The translations under genes and the position numbers were made by a program. Below the pieces are notes generated by a model. It was given only the letters and a program-made list of their open reading frames with translations, was not told where the DNA came from and ran no database searches. From contig JAUFOR010000003.1 of assembly GCA_040285745.1 (NCBI GenBank), positions 1,488,001-1,552,000 on the forward strand: a stretch of DNA of 64,000 nt. Direction: 5' to 3'. This document shows, one piece after another, positions 44,101-52,995 of this stretch (its first letter is position 1; each line of letters starts with the position of its first letter). Source of the stretch: Barthelona sp. PCE. Taxonomy: Eukaryota.

Positions 44101-44622
44101 GAAATAATCCATTTTATCATCGTCCAAACATCGTTTCACAAAAAATCTCATACCAAAAAACATATACTTCAACGCTGACTCAGTGCACTCCTGCAGTAAA
44201 ATATCCAAATTGTTAAACACAAATTCATGCATAGCATCAGGTTCAGTTGATCTGAACAGCATGTACGCAATTACATTAAATATGTTACCATTTTGATTAC
44301 ATGAATTCAACAACTCTACTTCATGGCCATCACGATACTTTGCTAAATCACTGGGAAATTTCATTATTTCAATGAAATGATTAATAATGTCATTATTATG
44401 ATAATTCTGTATGGTTCTGAGACCACAATATATTACAAATGCACATTCGAGACTTTTGTCACATAAATTTTCGTACTCACACACAAATTTGTGAATCTGA
44501 CCACCAATTTCAATCGTTATCTGATGCGAACGTGCTTCGAATTTGGTAACTGTGCCCAAGATCTCATATACAGCTTCATAGTGTGGTTCAAACTCGCCAT
44601 ACTTTTCCAAAAACTGATCCAT
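41158..44622 (-). CDS. large AT-rich orphan protein with a multi-pass membrane region near the C-terminus
   Basis: 1154-codon ORF with roughly 7-8 hydrophobic segments at about aa 760-960. No recognised family. Confidence 0.8.
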   Translation of the reverse strand: MDQFLEKYGEFEPHYEAVYEILGTVTKFEARSHQITIEIGGQIHKFVCEYENLCDKSLECAFVIYCGLRTIQNYHNNDIINHFIEIMKFPSDLAKYRDGHEVELLNSCNQNGNIFNVIAYMLFRSTEPDAMHEFVFNNLDILLQECTESALKYMFFGMRFFVKRCLDDDKMDYFDRCYDHLGEVCYGNLDIDDIRKFFVYIKEKNDDFKGDVFKYVSNQHFTGPRKEIGELFLGDQNIEGLRPEDLPSYLGSVTCSIICYVFEEKYYYRIVELSLNHDVIGHLWSVFNTSFNDLNSLIDEGIIDNLRNDIPNYLHMAHVAIFETMYNRSELQPNDVVNFVRSISERYDIRKCRDDNITPRLLRRIAVHLLIHKEEDMLKKLFEMYYDRIHFIKDLLLKDYEDSEGWGKYNTLLFIPFLEKEIFGWLSEDILTAILVKYESNRSVGVNVLWDYMKKNNGIRNVICKDDGLLSLFYDFILDKSCEGYLHVGSAAAILYKTKEKTDEQKKAATELVWGQGQGIVLLQSRELYQVFHGFIPEEVSFLYFKKAQFKNVLQFAHQFSDSECIVFLRILKVAKFKHFRSTPLPTVQTSSLLPTRRHVEKTANCHFVWALHLTNHFEELFLTFFKHLSDEEFRDIFNNFKMYQLGDKFHNLSHNNRRKVLKKIEELKITAYDIFNYEQARPEIVVYSDCPATQSAVQCVSSHFAEQQEGAVCVFLNNSALGAVKLTEENDNRTGTMLDRFKSSGSKAQRMDLCMKTYVSAQLFAIISFLCLIYSGLHLLFYDTLLLKVENEDLSKMYFVYGVIVVILIKISSVQFIRMKFSEWYGILVYILIFFSLFCAPILNTRTFDPYLAILALSWLISSKNPRLGQRLACFTVIPISIWCNFWDFFNYKEYFVTLLFCELLSGIFNSLHLNTTLILSIVGAVLFAEHGEKTEFLISCLIVFIVFFGICILFWKKFIKVHLHRDFTVQSMKNEEKSKLQYNFNGKSILLPITEIPTVYIDSNVHPYCSFMDTAPIFPLRETLGASKGRVQYISYDEQFNGVEKYPWFYHKCSEYDIFGLDGLEQLLSEEKYVKIASLFFVTKESIHDTIFEFLGERLKQLSDWKVVEMDKGGCLLRKNETGRVIVLRIEFAAPKIISREDIMVNWGRLGE

Positions 44623-44798
44623 GTGCCAAAAGATTGCTAAACCAAATTCAAATGACGAAATAAGAAAAAAGTCTTAAAACAAACTGAACGCAATGGAAAA
44701 ATTGTCCTAAGGTTATGCCATAGCACCTTGCAACTAATTACACTGTAAAAAACAGATATCTCACAAAAAAATCATATTCCCAAAAAAAACAATAGCGT

Positions 44799-46253
44799 TT
44801 ATTCGTCATCGCTGTCAACATCGCTGTCCACTTCGGGCACAAAGCTCTCAAAGTGGGGCGCAAGGATATCCTTCAAATCAAAGAGCTCTTCTTCACGAAT
44901 TTTTTCCATCCGGGTTGGGTGTAACTTCATTAGAGCTTCGAATATCTGTCTTCTCCTACGCTCTGGCTCCTTCTTTGACGTCTCCGGCTGTGCTGCGTAT
45001 GTTCTAATCTTCTTAGTGAGGTAGTTAATTGGTCTGTCACTCAGAACCACAGCTAGGAATCTCTTCAGATACTCACTATCCCAGATCTCATCCGTAGCAA
45101 ACCTGGTGAACACACGGTCCTTCAACCTGGTGACATCGTCGATCCATAGCGAGAGAACGGCAAGAATCTTCCACCCGTGCTCACTTGCAATCATGAGCTC
45201 AACTGGGTAAACGCCACCGGTCTCGTCTGTGTTGTTCATGAATCTGAGCATCTGACGACGGCCCTGCGCGCTGAGGTAATAAGCACTTGCGCAACCGAGG
45301 CGACTTCCGTCGTTACTTAAACAGAACTGAAGGATATGGGGGTTCATGTGGACAAGAGACTCTTTGCAGTGCTGCATCGAGAAAGCTGCGAATATATCAA
45401 CGATGCGGCGCGCGCAGAACTGATAGAAGGGCAAATACATGAAACCGTGCTCGGCCGACTTGCGTACGAAACGAGCGAGTGTGTCGTTGAGAGCGTTGTG
45501 GTTCTCCATCTTTTCGTACACATCACGAATGGACTTGACGTTGTGGAACCTCATCAGGCGCCTCACGACCTTGCTCTGACATGCAATGAAGAGAGCGTCT
45601 CTCTCGATGCTCGTCATCTTAATGTAAATTTCGTTGAGGACATCGCTTCCCTTCTGATGCAGTGCAACCTGAGGCAAATGATCATTTCTGACGATCTCAT
45701 CGATGATCTCCTGCGCAATGTCGTCGCACCCGTTCTCCTTTCTGAATCGCAGGAAATATATAGCAATACGGTAGCTGTTCTGATCTTTGATGATGGGAAC
45801 GTACTTTCCCTTGAGCTCCTTGTGGAGGGCCTGGATCTGCTCGCGGCTGCCGTACTTGACAACTGCACATGCCATACGCATGGGAACCTGACGAACAATG
45901 ATCTCTTCCCAAAGTCCAGTTAAGCCACTGCTGAGTTGGCCTACAAGCTCAGAGCGCTCTTCTTTGGGTGTCTTGGACTCCATTACCTTGACCCACGTGG
46001 GCTTGAGATCCTCAACGACCTCACCGAAAGGTAACTCACGAAGTTTCTGTTGTTTAAGTGCCCTGCGCTCCTTCTTTGACATAGATGCACGTGTGGCACC
46101 GCGCTTGCGTCCCTCAACTGTCGGCCTGATCTCCTCTTCGCTTCTGTTATCTCGATTACTATTTCTCGTCTCTTTGTTGTACTTATCAGTATTTTTGGAA
46201 CGACGGCCATCTTGACCCTGGTTCCTGCTGTCTCTCTCAGTTGTTCTGCCCAT
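44799..46253 (-). CDS. PUF6: PUF6/PUM3 pumilio-family nucleolar RNA-binding protein
   Basis: Basic N-terminus, degenerate PUF repeats (AVVKYGSREQ), IDDVTRLK, and the CPL-domain motif TSKKEPERRRRQI. Confidence 0.8.
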   Translation of the reverse strand: MGRTTERDSRNQGQDGRRSKNTDKYNKETRNSNRDNRSEEEIRPTVEGRKRGATRASMSKKERRALKQQKLRELPFGEVVEDLKPTWVKVMESKTPKEERSELVGQLSSGLTGLWEEIIVRQVPMRMACAVVKYGSREQIQALHKELKGKYVPIIKDQNSYRIAIYFLRFRKENGCDDIAQEIIDEIVRNDHLPQVALHQKGSDVLNEIYIKMTSIERDALFIACQSKVVRRLMRFHNVKSIRDVYEKMENHNALNDTLARFVRKSAEHGFMYLPFYQFCARRIVDIFAAFSMQHCKESLVHMNPHILQFCLSNDGSRLGCASAYYLSAQGRRQMLRFMNNTDETGGVYPVELMIASEHGWKILAVLSLWIDDVTRLKDRVFTRFATDEIWDSEYLKRFLAVVLSDRPINYLTKKIRTYAAQPETSKKEPERRRRQIFEALMKLHPTRMEKIREEELFDLKDILAPHFESFVPEVDSDVDSDDE

Positions 46254-46436
46254 TTGATAAAGAATATGAAGATGAAAAACGGAAAGTAGCGCTGTTTTGA
46301 TATGCTTATTTTTGCTTGTTTCTCCCTCCTTTTAAATGTAATATAGGGGTGCTGCACCACGGGAATTGAGTAATACAGTGTTTTCAAAAAACCTGTTTTC
46401 GTTACTTTCACTCTTTACAGTTAACCATTGTATAGG

Positions 46437-46859
46437 ATGTCTCAGTGGCACTTCAAAGCTCCTCTGCCAACAAACAAACCCTTCTCGACGCAGAGAATCA
46501 TAAGCAACAAAACCTTCGATGCACAATCAAACAATTCAGCTCCACAGATAGGATACGCTCCTCAAGTTCAGTCTCTTTCACACATTAGCCAGCCAAAGAC
46601 GGACGAAATCCTCGCTCAAGAAGTCGCAAATCTGACCTATCTCGTACACCAATCAAACAGTAAGATAGATGAATTAACGGACGCTTTCACGTATTTACAC
46701 AGTGTTTTCCTGAACCTTGTTGTTAAAATTGATGAACTAACAACGAATCAAACAGAAACCCAAAACACAGCAACGATGGAACCTGAAATGATGGAATGTT
46801 CTACTATTGAAGACGAAAACAACAATCGTAACCACTTTGAATTCGATATCTTTGCCTAG
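46437..46859 (+). CDS. hypothetical small coiled-coil protein
   Basis: 140-codon ORF with the heptad segment LAQEVANL...IDEL. Confidence 0.55.
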   Translation: MSQWHFKAPLPTNKPFSTQRIISNKTFDAQSNNSAPQIGYAPQVQSLSHISQPKTDEILAQEVANLTYLVHQSNSKIDELTDAFTYLHSVFLNLVVKIDELTTNQTETQNTATMEPEMMECSTIEDENNNRNHFEFDIFA

Positions 46860-47362
46860 TTGCCGAATAAACGACGAAGAAGTGTTGGTTTCTTTGTGGT
46901 TTGAAAGACATCATCTTGATTCCTGATTTCACGTGGTGTCTTCATCTGCACCTTCGGCCTATTGTGGGTGGTGCGGCTCACGTTGCGGCTGTACGTGGCT
47001 CTCATGCTTCTCTTATGTGTTGAAGCAATGAACACAAGAGGCACATCACATTTTGCGGGTTGTAAAAGACGATCATGTTTAACATGAGTTGCGTGGCGGA
47101 TCTCAGCCGAAGTCATTGGACGCTTGCTATCATTAAAGTTTCCCAATTTTAATGGTGAAGGTGAATACTGAAGAGTGCGGATAGCTTCTCCTTTTTTGAA
47201 ATTGATCCTTCTGTTTGTCAATACTATGTTTGTGTGTGTGGGAGAACCTTCCTTTCCTGTTCTCAGGATTGATTGAGCAGGTATGTTTTGTTTCACTAAC
47301 TGTACCGGAGTCACATCAAATTCTGGTGTACTAACATCCTCATAAGACGGTGCGAAATTCAT
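46856..47362 (-). CDS. hypothetical basic protein
   Basis: 168-codon ATG ORF with a TTTTCAC motif upstream, as seen for other genes here. Confidence 0.6.
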   Translation of the reverse strand: MNFAPSYEDVSTPEFDVTPVQLVKQNIPAQSILRTGKEGSPTHTNIVLTNRRINFKKGEAIRTLQYSPSPLKLGNFNDSKRPMTSAEIRHATHVKHDRLLQPAKCDVPLVFIASTHKRSMRATYSRNVSRTTHNRPKVQMKTPREIRNQDDVFQTTKKPTLLRRLFGN

Positions 47363-47449
47363 CTGTTAATGAAATGGAGTGAAAAATTGAAAGATGCGCA
47401 TGAAGCAAATGTTTTGCATTTTCACCACCTTTTCTTGTTATTCGTCAAA

Positions 47450-48457
47450 ATGAAAGATTACTATGAGATCCTGCAGGTGCCTAGGTCAGCCTCATCAAGC
47501 GACATCAAGCAAGCGTATGTTTTTCATAATATATTTCAAGTATTTTGATAATGCCTCACATTTAGTTACAGAAAATTAGCCCTAACATGGCATCCCGACA
47601 GAGTAGAGATCTCTGACCAAGAAACTGCTGCCAAAACCTTTGAATTACTATCAGAAGCATATGAATGTCTTAGTACCTCAGAATTACGAGCAGTGTACGA
47701 TAAGTACGGTGAACAGGGCCTGAAGCAAGGCATCCCCACCGAGGAAGGTCTTCAGTCGACTAACTTCTGTCCTTCAAATCCTTTAGAGGTTTTTGAGAAA
47801 TTCTTTGGTTCTATTCACGTATTCGACCAATTTTTCACACACGATCAGAGCGAGTTCTTTGCAGATCGGGATATATTTAACAATTTCTCTGGTATGAAGA
47901 GTGCTGAAAAAGCAGTTGATACTGAAGACATTGTCCATGAGTTATCTCTTTCCCTTGCCGAGCTCTATCTTGGCACCAGGCGCAAGATCTGTATTTCAGA
48001 CATTCCTAGAACTAATAGATTTGGTTCAGTCACAATGATGACCCGTGATTATAACATTGAGATCAAAGCCGGTTGGAAGGACGGAACAAAGCTACGCTTC
48101 GAAGGCGACGGCCCGCAGCACCCCGGCATGGCTGAGCCCGGTGACGTTGTGTTTGTCATCAAGCAGGAGAAGCACCCCGAATTCAGAAGAGAGGGATGTC
48201 ATCTGGTCTACGATGCAGAGATCTCCCTGCTCGAGGCTCTCACCGGCACGAGCGTTGTGATCAGATCGCTTGACGGACGTACTCTGCGTATTCCAGTTAA
48301 TGATATTGTTGATTCTACATCCACAGTTGTGTATCAAGGAGAAGGAATGCCTCAAAACGATGGATCCAGAGGTGATCTTATTGTTAAGTTCAAGGTAAAG
48401 TTCCCCAACAGTCTTACAGATCAACAGAAGGCACTACTCCACAAGGCTTTGAGTTAA
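47450..48457 (+). CDS. type II DnaJ/Hsp40 (DNAJB13/RSP16-like), 2 exons: 47450-47514 and 47566-48457
   Basis: The spliced N-terminus [33 protein letters not shown] is a J-domain that the ORF track misses. Also YDKYGEQGLKQGIP, NPLEVFEKFFG and the DnaJ_C domain. Confidence 0.9.
47515..47565 (+). other. spliceosomal intron, 51 nt, phase 2
   Basis: GTATGT...GCCTCACATTTAG. Splicing restores IKQA-YRKLA. Confidence 0.92.
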
Positions 48458-48508
48458 GTGTATTGTTTGTAAATTTCTATCCTTTTCCATATTTTATAAT
48501 GAAAAAGA

Positions 48509-49501
48509 ATGGTTGTAACAAGTGAAGAACTAGTTAATGTTATAAAGAAGCATAAAAATAAGCTTACTTCTCCTCAAATTTTGAGCGCTCTACGGGGCTT
48601 CATTGATGCAAACCTAAACATCCAGGAATCACACAACTACAGAAGGGCGGCGTCGGATGATGTAATAACACTGTTTGAATACGTAAGCAGATGTGAAGAC
48701 GATGGACTTCTCCTCGCACTTACTGCAGTTAAGATTTTCTCACGCAAAGAGGTGAATAGGGTGCTATTTCAATCGTCATCCGTTACTGTATTATTTGCTA
48801 TGCTAGATTACACAAAAGATTTATTAGTTTGGACAGAGATTGTAGCCATTATCCTCAATCTGTGTTATGACATGAAATTTGTGGCAGCTTTTCTTGAGAT
48901 GGACGGTATATCCACTTTGAAACGCATTGTTCAGATGGAGTTTCCATTTGATGAGTACGAAAATGCTGATGATGATTCGGTTTTACTCTTGAAATCGTAC
49001 ATCAGCGGCACATTCCAGTCCATTTGCTACACGCAGAGGGGAAAGGCAGCAACTATAGACGCTGGTATGCTTCCTATCATTGTGTCACTTCTGAAGACAT
49101 CACAATCTCAAGAACTTAGTGTTCGCTGTATGGGAGTGTTGCACAATGTGTCCAGCGATCTGCGCAGCCTTGACATGCTTGTTTCTAGCGGTATCGTCGA
49201 TTTACTGCCGAGATTACTAAGTTCATATGAAAGATTAGCTGGGCCTACGGCTGGGCTTACCCAGAACCTGAGCCGTAAGGAGGAGATACGGGAGCATTTG
49301 CGAGGCATTGATGCAGTGGAGCTCTGCACTGAGCTTTTAGGGAGGAGCACCGAGGCCAACACACAGTTATGTTGTGTTGGTGCACTCATCAATTTGCTCG
49401 GGCCGGAGTACGATTCCACAATTGAGTGGCACCTCATAAAGCAATCTCTGGTTGACACAATTGTTGCAGCCACGATAAGCAGCGCCTTTTCCAATGTCTA
49501 G
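48509..49501 (+). CDS. armadillo-repeat protein
   Basis: ARM-like units AIILNLC, MGVLHNVS, AGLTQNLS and VGALINL. Confidence 0.8.
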   Translation: MVVTSEELVNVIKKHKNKLTSPQILSALRGFIDANLNIQESHNYRRAASDDVITLFEYVSRCEDDGLLLALTAVKIFSRKEVNRVLFQSSSVTVLFAMLDYTKDLLVWTEIVAIILNLCYDMKFVAAFLEMDGISTLKRIVQMEFPFDEYENADDDSVLLLKSYISGTFQSICYTQRGKAATIDAGMLPIIVSLLKTSQSQELSVRCMGVLHNVSSDLRSLDMLVSSGIVDLLPRLLSSYERLAGPTAGLTQNLSRKEEIREHLRGIDAVELCTELLGRSTEANTQLCCVGALINLLGPEYDSTIEWHLIKQSLVDTIVAATISSAFSNV

Positions 49502-49591
49502 TGGTATTTTGAATATTTGCTAATTAGTTTTGGAAACAAAGAACACTTACTTTACTGTATATAAAAGCTGAAATAATATTAACAAAACCCA

Positions 49592-50524
49592 CTAAGAATC
49601 ATCTTCCGATGTAAATATGTTTGATCCACTGACAGAAATGTTTTCAAAACCTTTCAAACTTTTTAAAGAACCAAAAGTCTTGTAAAAATACAAGTAGAAA
49701 CCATCTGCAAAAAGTTTTGCATCTGCTAAAAAGGCATTGTTATGTCTGGAGTGTGGCAATGAAAGGAAAAATAACTGCATATCTTCGTTAAAAGAGCTAC
49801 GAAGGTTATGCATATGCTTAGCATCGATCAACTCGTCTTTCTCGCTTGAAATCATTAATGTGGGGATAGTGACATTACCGATCAAGTCTTTTGATCGCCA
49901 TTTGTCGTACAAAACACGTGAAATGAACCATCTTGGAATGAAAAAAGGAGTGTAATCAAAAATCAGATCCTCGACTGAAGAAAAGGTATTCTCAAGGACA
50001 AGACCGTCCACATGCTCTTGGTAGCCAAGTGTAACCAGTGCCTGCAAAGCTACTGCTCCACCCAGACTCTTTCCGTATACGATAAGTCTGTCCATCTGTT
50101 CTTCCTGGACACACCAATTCAGAATGGCCTTTGCGTCGCTCATTAGGTTCTTTTGCGATATCTTACCCGGCCCACTGAGCCCGTAACCACGATAGCTAAA
50201 GACAACAAGATTCGGTTTCAAAGAGCTGTTAAACATCTGAACGAGTTGCTTAAGGCGTGTTGTGAGATTACCAGCGTTACCGTGAAAGAAAAGAATTGTG
50301 GGACGTTGTTTCGTGTCACTCTGTTTTAGAAACCACCCATCCAGTTCGACACCATCACTGGTTTTAATCCGTACATTTTCGTATTTAATGCCAAAATCGC
50401 TTGGTTGAGATCGTGTGGTATTTGAACACCCACTATATGGATGGTAAAATAATTTTCTCTGAAATAATATTAAAAGTAATGTTGGGAGCAGGATAAAAAG
50501 TACCAAAAAAGCTCCAATCAGCAT
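49592..50524 (-). CDS. ABHD13: ABHD13/Bem46-family alpha/beta hydrolase
   Basis: N-terminal TM helix, FQRKLFYHP, FFHGNAGN, YRGYG, GKSLGG nucleophile, LENTF, catalytic D (KDELI) and H (HNN). Confidence 0.88.
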   Translation of the reverse strand: MLIGAFLVLFILLPTLLLILFQRKLFYHPYSGCSNTTRSQPSDFGIKYENVRIKTSDGVELDGWFLKQSDTKQRPTILFFHGNAGNLTTRLKQLVQMFNSSLKPNLVVFSYRGYGLSGPGKISQKNLMSDAKAILNWCVQEEQMDRLIVYGKSLGGAVALQALVTLGYQEHVDGLVLENTFSSVEDLIFDYTPFFIPRWFISRVLYDKWRSKDLIGNVTIPTLMISSEKDELIDAKHMHNLRSSFNEDMQLFFLSLPHSRHNNAFLADAKLFADGFYLYFYKTFGSLKSLKGFENISVSGSNIFTSEDDS

Positions 50525-51063
50525 TTTTAAAACCCAGAAATTGTGAAAAGTGAAAGAAAACGAACTACACTGTTGATAAAACCTCCATTGATTTAGTGTT
50601 AGAAACGATGCAGGTGGGTCTTTTACATAATGCAGACGGTTAAATAACCACAAAAATTGGTTTATTAGATGGAAAATCACCTGTCCAAGAATAGCAATGA
50701 TTCTGTTTCATTTGTTCTTATCCTGCAACATCAGTAAAGAATATAACCACGATTCAACTTCTATTTGATAAGCAAACAGTATAAATTATGCTGATAACAT
50801 AACCTGCAGTTTTGGGTTCTATTCAAAACAGCTTAAAGGCATGTTTTTTGAAAGTTTAGAAGCGTGTGTGCTGATAGGACCAATAAAAACCAGCAACAAT
50901 TGAAAAACTACCAATTTATTAAACTATCTCAAAAAACTCTTCCACAGTATATACTACACTTGTGATGCAATCAGACTGAATTTTCTCGTTAAATAAAGAA
51001 CTGTATATTGAATTCTCTTGCTCAACAAAGAATTTCTACAATGATAAAAAACTTCACAACTAA

Positions 51064-51792
51064 CTACCGTGTTTTGGAAACCTCATCAATTTCATCAAAC
51101 AATTCAAGATCGTCGTCAAGCAGATCTGCAGACATTAGAGGTTGTGGGGTACAAAAATACCTCTTCGGCAAACAAGATTGCTGGACAAAAGATGGTAAAA
51201 ACGTCGGATTCAATTTTGGGGGTTGAAACTGTTCGATAAATAGCATGTCCTCGGTCCTTGCCTTTGGAAAACTCATTCGACGATACTCTTCCAACAAACT
51301 CGCAATGGCCCAGCCCTGTATCTTACGGAGACAAGCAATGAGACACCCTGATCGGTGCTTTCCCTTGTTGCAGTGAACGAGGATGGGGTGGTTACGCTTG
51401 TCTAACAGCAAAGAAACTGCTGTACGGAATTTATCAGAAGACATTGTTGTGAACGGGCCCTTGGTAGATTCTATCTTCACTTGTAGCAGCTGGATGCCCT
51501 CTTCTTCCAAGTATGCCGAGTTAATTGACGAATATGGCTCCTGACAAAGAAATAAAACACTTTTGAGCTTGAGCCTCCGTAAAAAGCTGAAATTTCGCTG
51601 CATAAAATAGCCAGATCTGTATATGCCCTCTTCTACCATTGTGTAGTTAGGAGGTGGGAACACAGTTTCATCTTCCAATGTGGAATGAGGAATAGAAATC
51701 TCATTTTTTGATGATGAGGGATCAACATATTCTCCCATCGCATTATATAACGTTGTCTTTGTGTTTTGATGCGTTAAATTCACTTCTTGCAT
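51064..51792 (-). CDS. SIW14: SIW14/OCA-family atypical dual-specificity phosphatase
   Basis: PPPNYTMVEEGIYRSG, active site HCNKGKHRSGC, LRKIQGW and EYRR. Confidence 0.88.
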   Translation of the reverse strand: MQEVNLTHQNTKTTLYNAMGEYVDPSSSKNEISIPHSTLEDETVFPPPNYTMVEEGIYRSGYFMQRNFSFLRRLKLKSVLFLCQEPYSSINSAYLEEEGIQLLQVKIESTKGPFTTMSSDKFRTAVSLLLDKRNHPILVHCNKGKHRSGCLIACLRKIQGWAIASLLEEYRRMSFPKARTEDMLFIEQFQPPKLNPTFLPSFVQQSCLPKRYFCTPQPLMSADLLDDDLELFDEIDEVSKTR

Positions 51793-52282
51793 TGCTATGT
51801 TCCCTAAACAGAAAATAAACTGTATGAAAAAGGTTTGTTTCGGTTTAACACATTTGTTGAATGAAATAATCTGTAATTTATCGCTAATGTGACTAGTAGA
51901 CCTCGCTTACAACATACAACAATCAGGCAAAGGAATTTCTGCATTAAAAAGAATTCTGAAATCCTGTATTCTTTTTGTTCACTTCTATGAACTTCTCGAA
52001 GGAAGGAAATGAAGTACTTTCATGATTAAGGGCACTCTTAAAATGTTGCTATTGTGAGGGAAATTAAATTGTTTGTTATTGTATCTACCTCCGTGCTTTT
52101 GGGCTGCATTATGGCAATATGCACGTTAATATTCACAGCTGATAGGAGGGTCCCATTTACTTAGTATAAACGGCGTTTCTTGACATTATTTCATTAATAT
52201 TTTGCTAATATTGGTATGCTGTTTACTTGAACGTAATAAGAACGCTTCGACTCCAAATTTGGTTGTCCTTTAAGACGAAAAT

Positions 52283-52801
52283 TTAAACAACGGTTTCATC
52301 TCCGTGATGATAATTTTCATCATTGTCAACGTATGGATACTCGTCCTCCTCGTGGTCAAGCCTCTCCTGCCCGTCTTCGTCATATTCTTCATCGGGATCC
52401 TCTGGCTCAACAGGTTCCTCTGGATCCGGCAAACCATAAGGACGGTGTTCGAGCAGTTCGCTGCGCTTCATGGGAGTGACCCACACCTTAACATAGTGGT
52501 ATTCCAACGCCTCGTGACCAGCAACGCGAGTTGTAATATTCATGTAGTACATACAGCCGGCTACAATTTGACGCTTGCAAACAAGAACGCTTTCGAGGTG
52601 ATGTGGAAAGATCGTGTTTGCCCTACCGTTAATCTCCTCAACAGCAAAGAGAGCGTGGTCGATACAGAGCTCGGGGTCGACTGTGTGCACTGAACCGATC
52701 GGGTCATCGATGATATGCGACTCGTTTACCATAGCAATGATTAGGATGAATGATGCCAACACAAAGAGCATGAAGCTCATCATGTACGTCGCCTTTCCCA
52801 T
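52283..52801 (-). CDS. cystatin (cysteine-protease inhibitor) with signal/anchor and acidic tail
   Basis: ALFAVEEIN helix, QIVAG (QxVxG) motif and KVWVTP second loop. Confidence 0.85.
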   Translation of the reverse strand: MGKATYMMSFMLFVLASFILIIAMVNESHIIDDPIGSVHTVDPELCIDHALFAVEEINGRANTIFPHHLESVLVCKRQIVAGCMYYMNITTRVAGHEALEYHYVKVWVTPMKRSELLEHRPYGLPDPEEPVEPEDPDEEYDEDGQERLDHEEDEYPYVDNDENYHHGDETVV

Positions 52802-52995
52802 TGATAAAAGTAAAAAAAAAACCTTCAGAACAAACTTCGCATTTCAATAAATATTGTGGGTAAACACTTCATTTCATTGTTTTTATGAGGATTTTCTTGC
52901 ATATGGTGCCTTTTGTGATCAATGTGTACTTATACAATTGACATTTTACCTGCTACACATATTTTTTCCTTTTCTGTATTCAGGGCTCATATGTA

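Noticed and set aside
51884-51917. GTATGT...GTCACATTAG mini-intron upstream of SIW14 (minus strand)
   Set aside because: Branch spacing differs from the confident introns, and no coding exon is joined.
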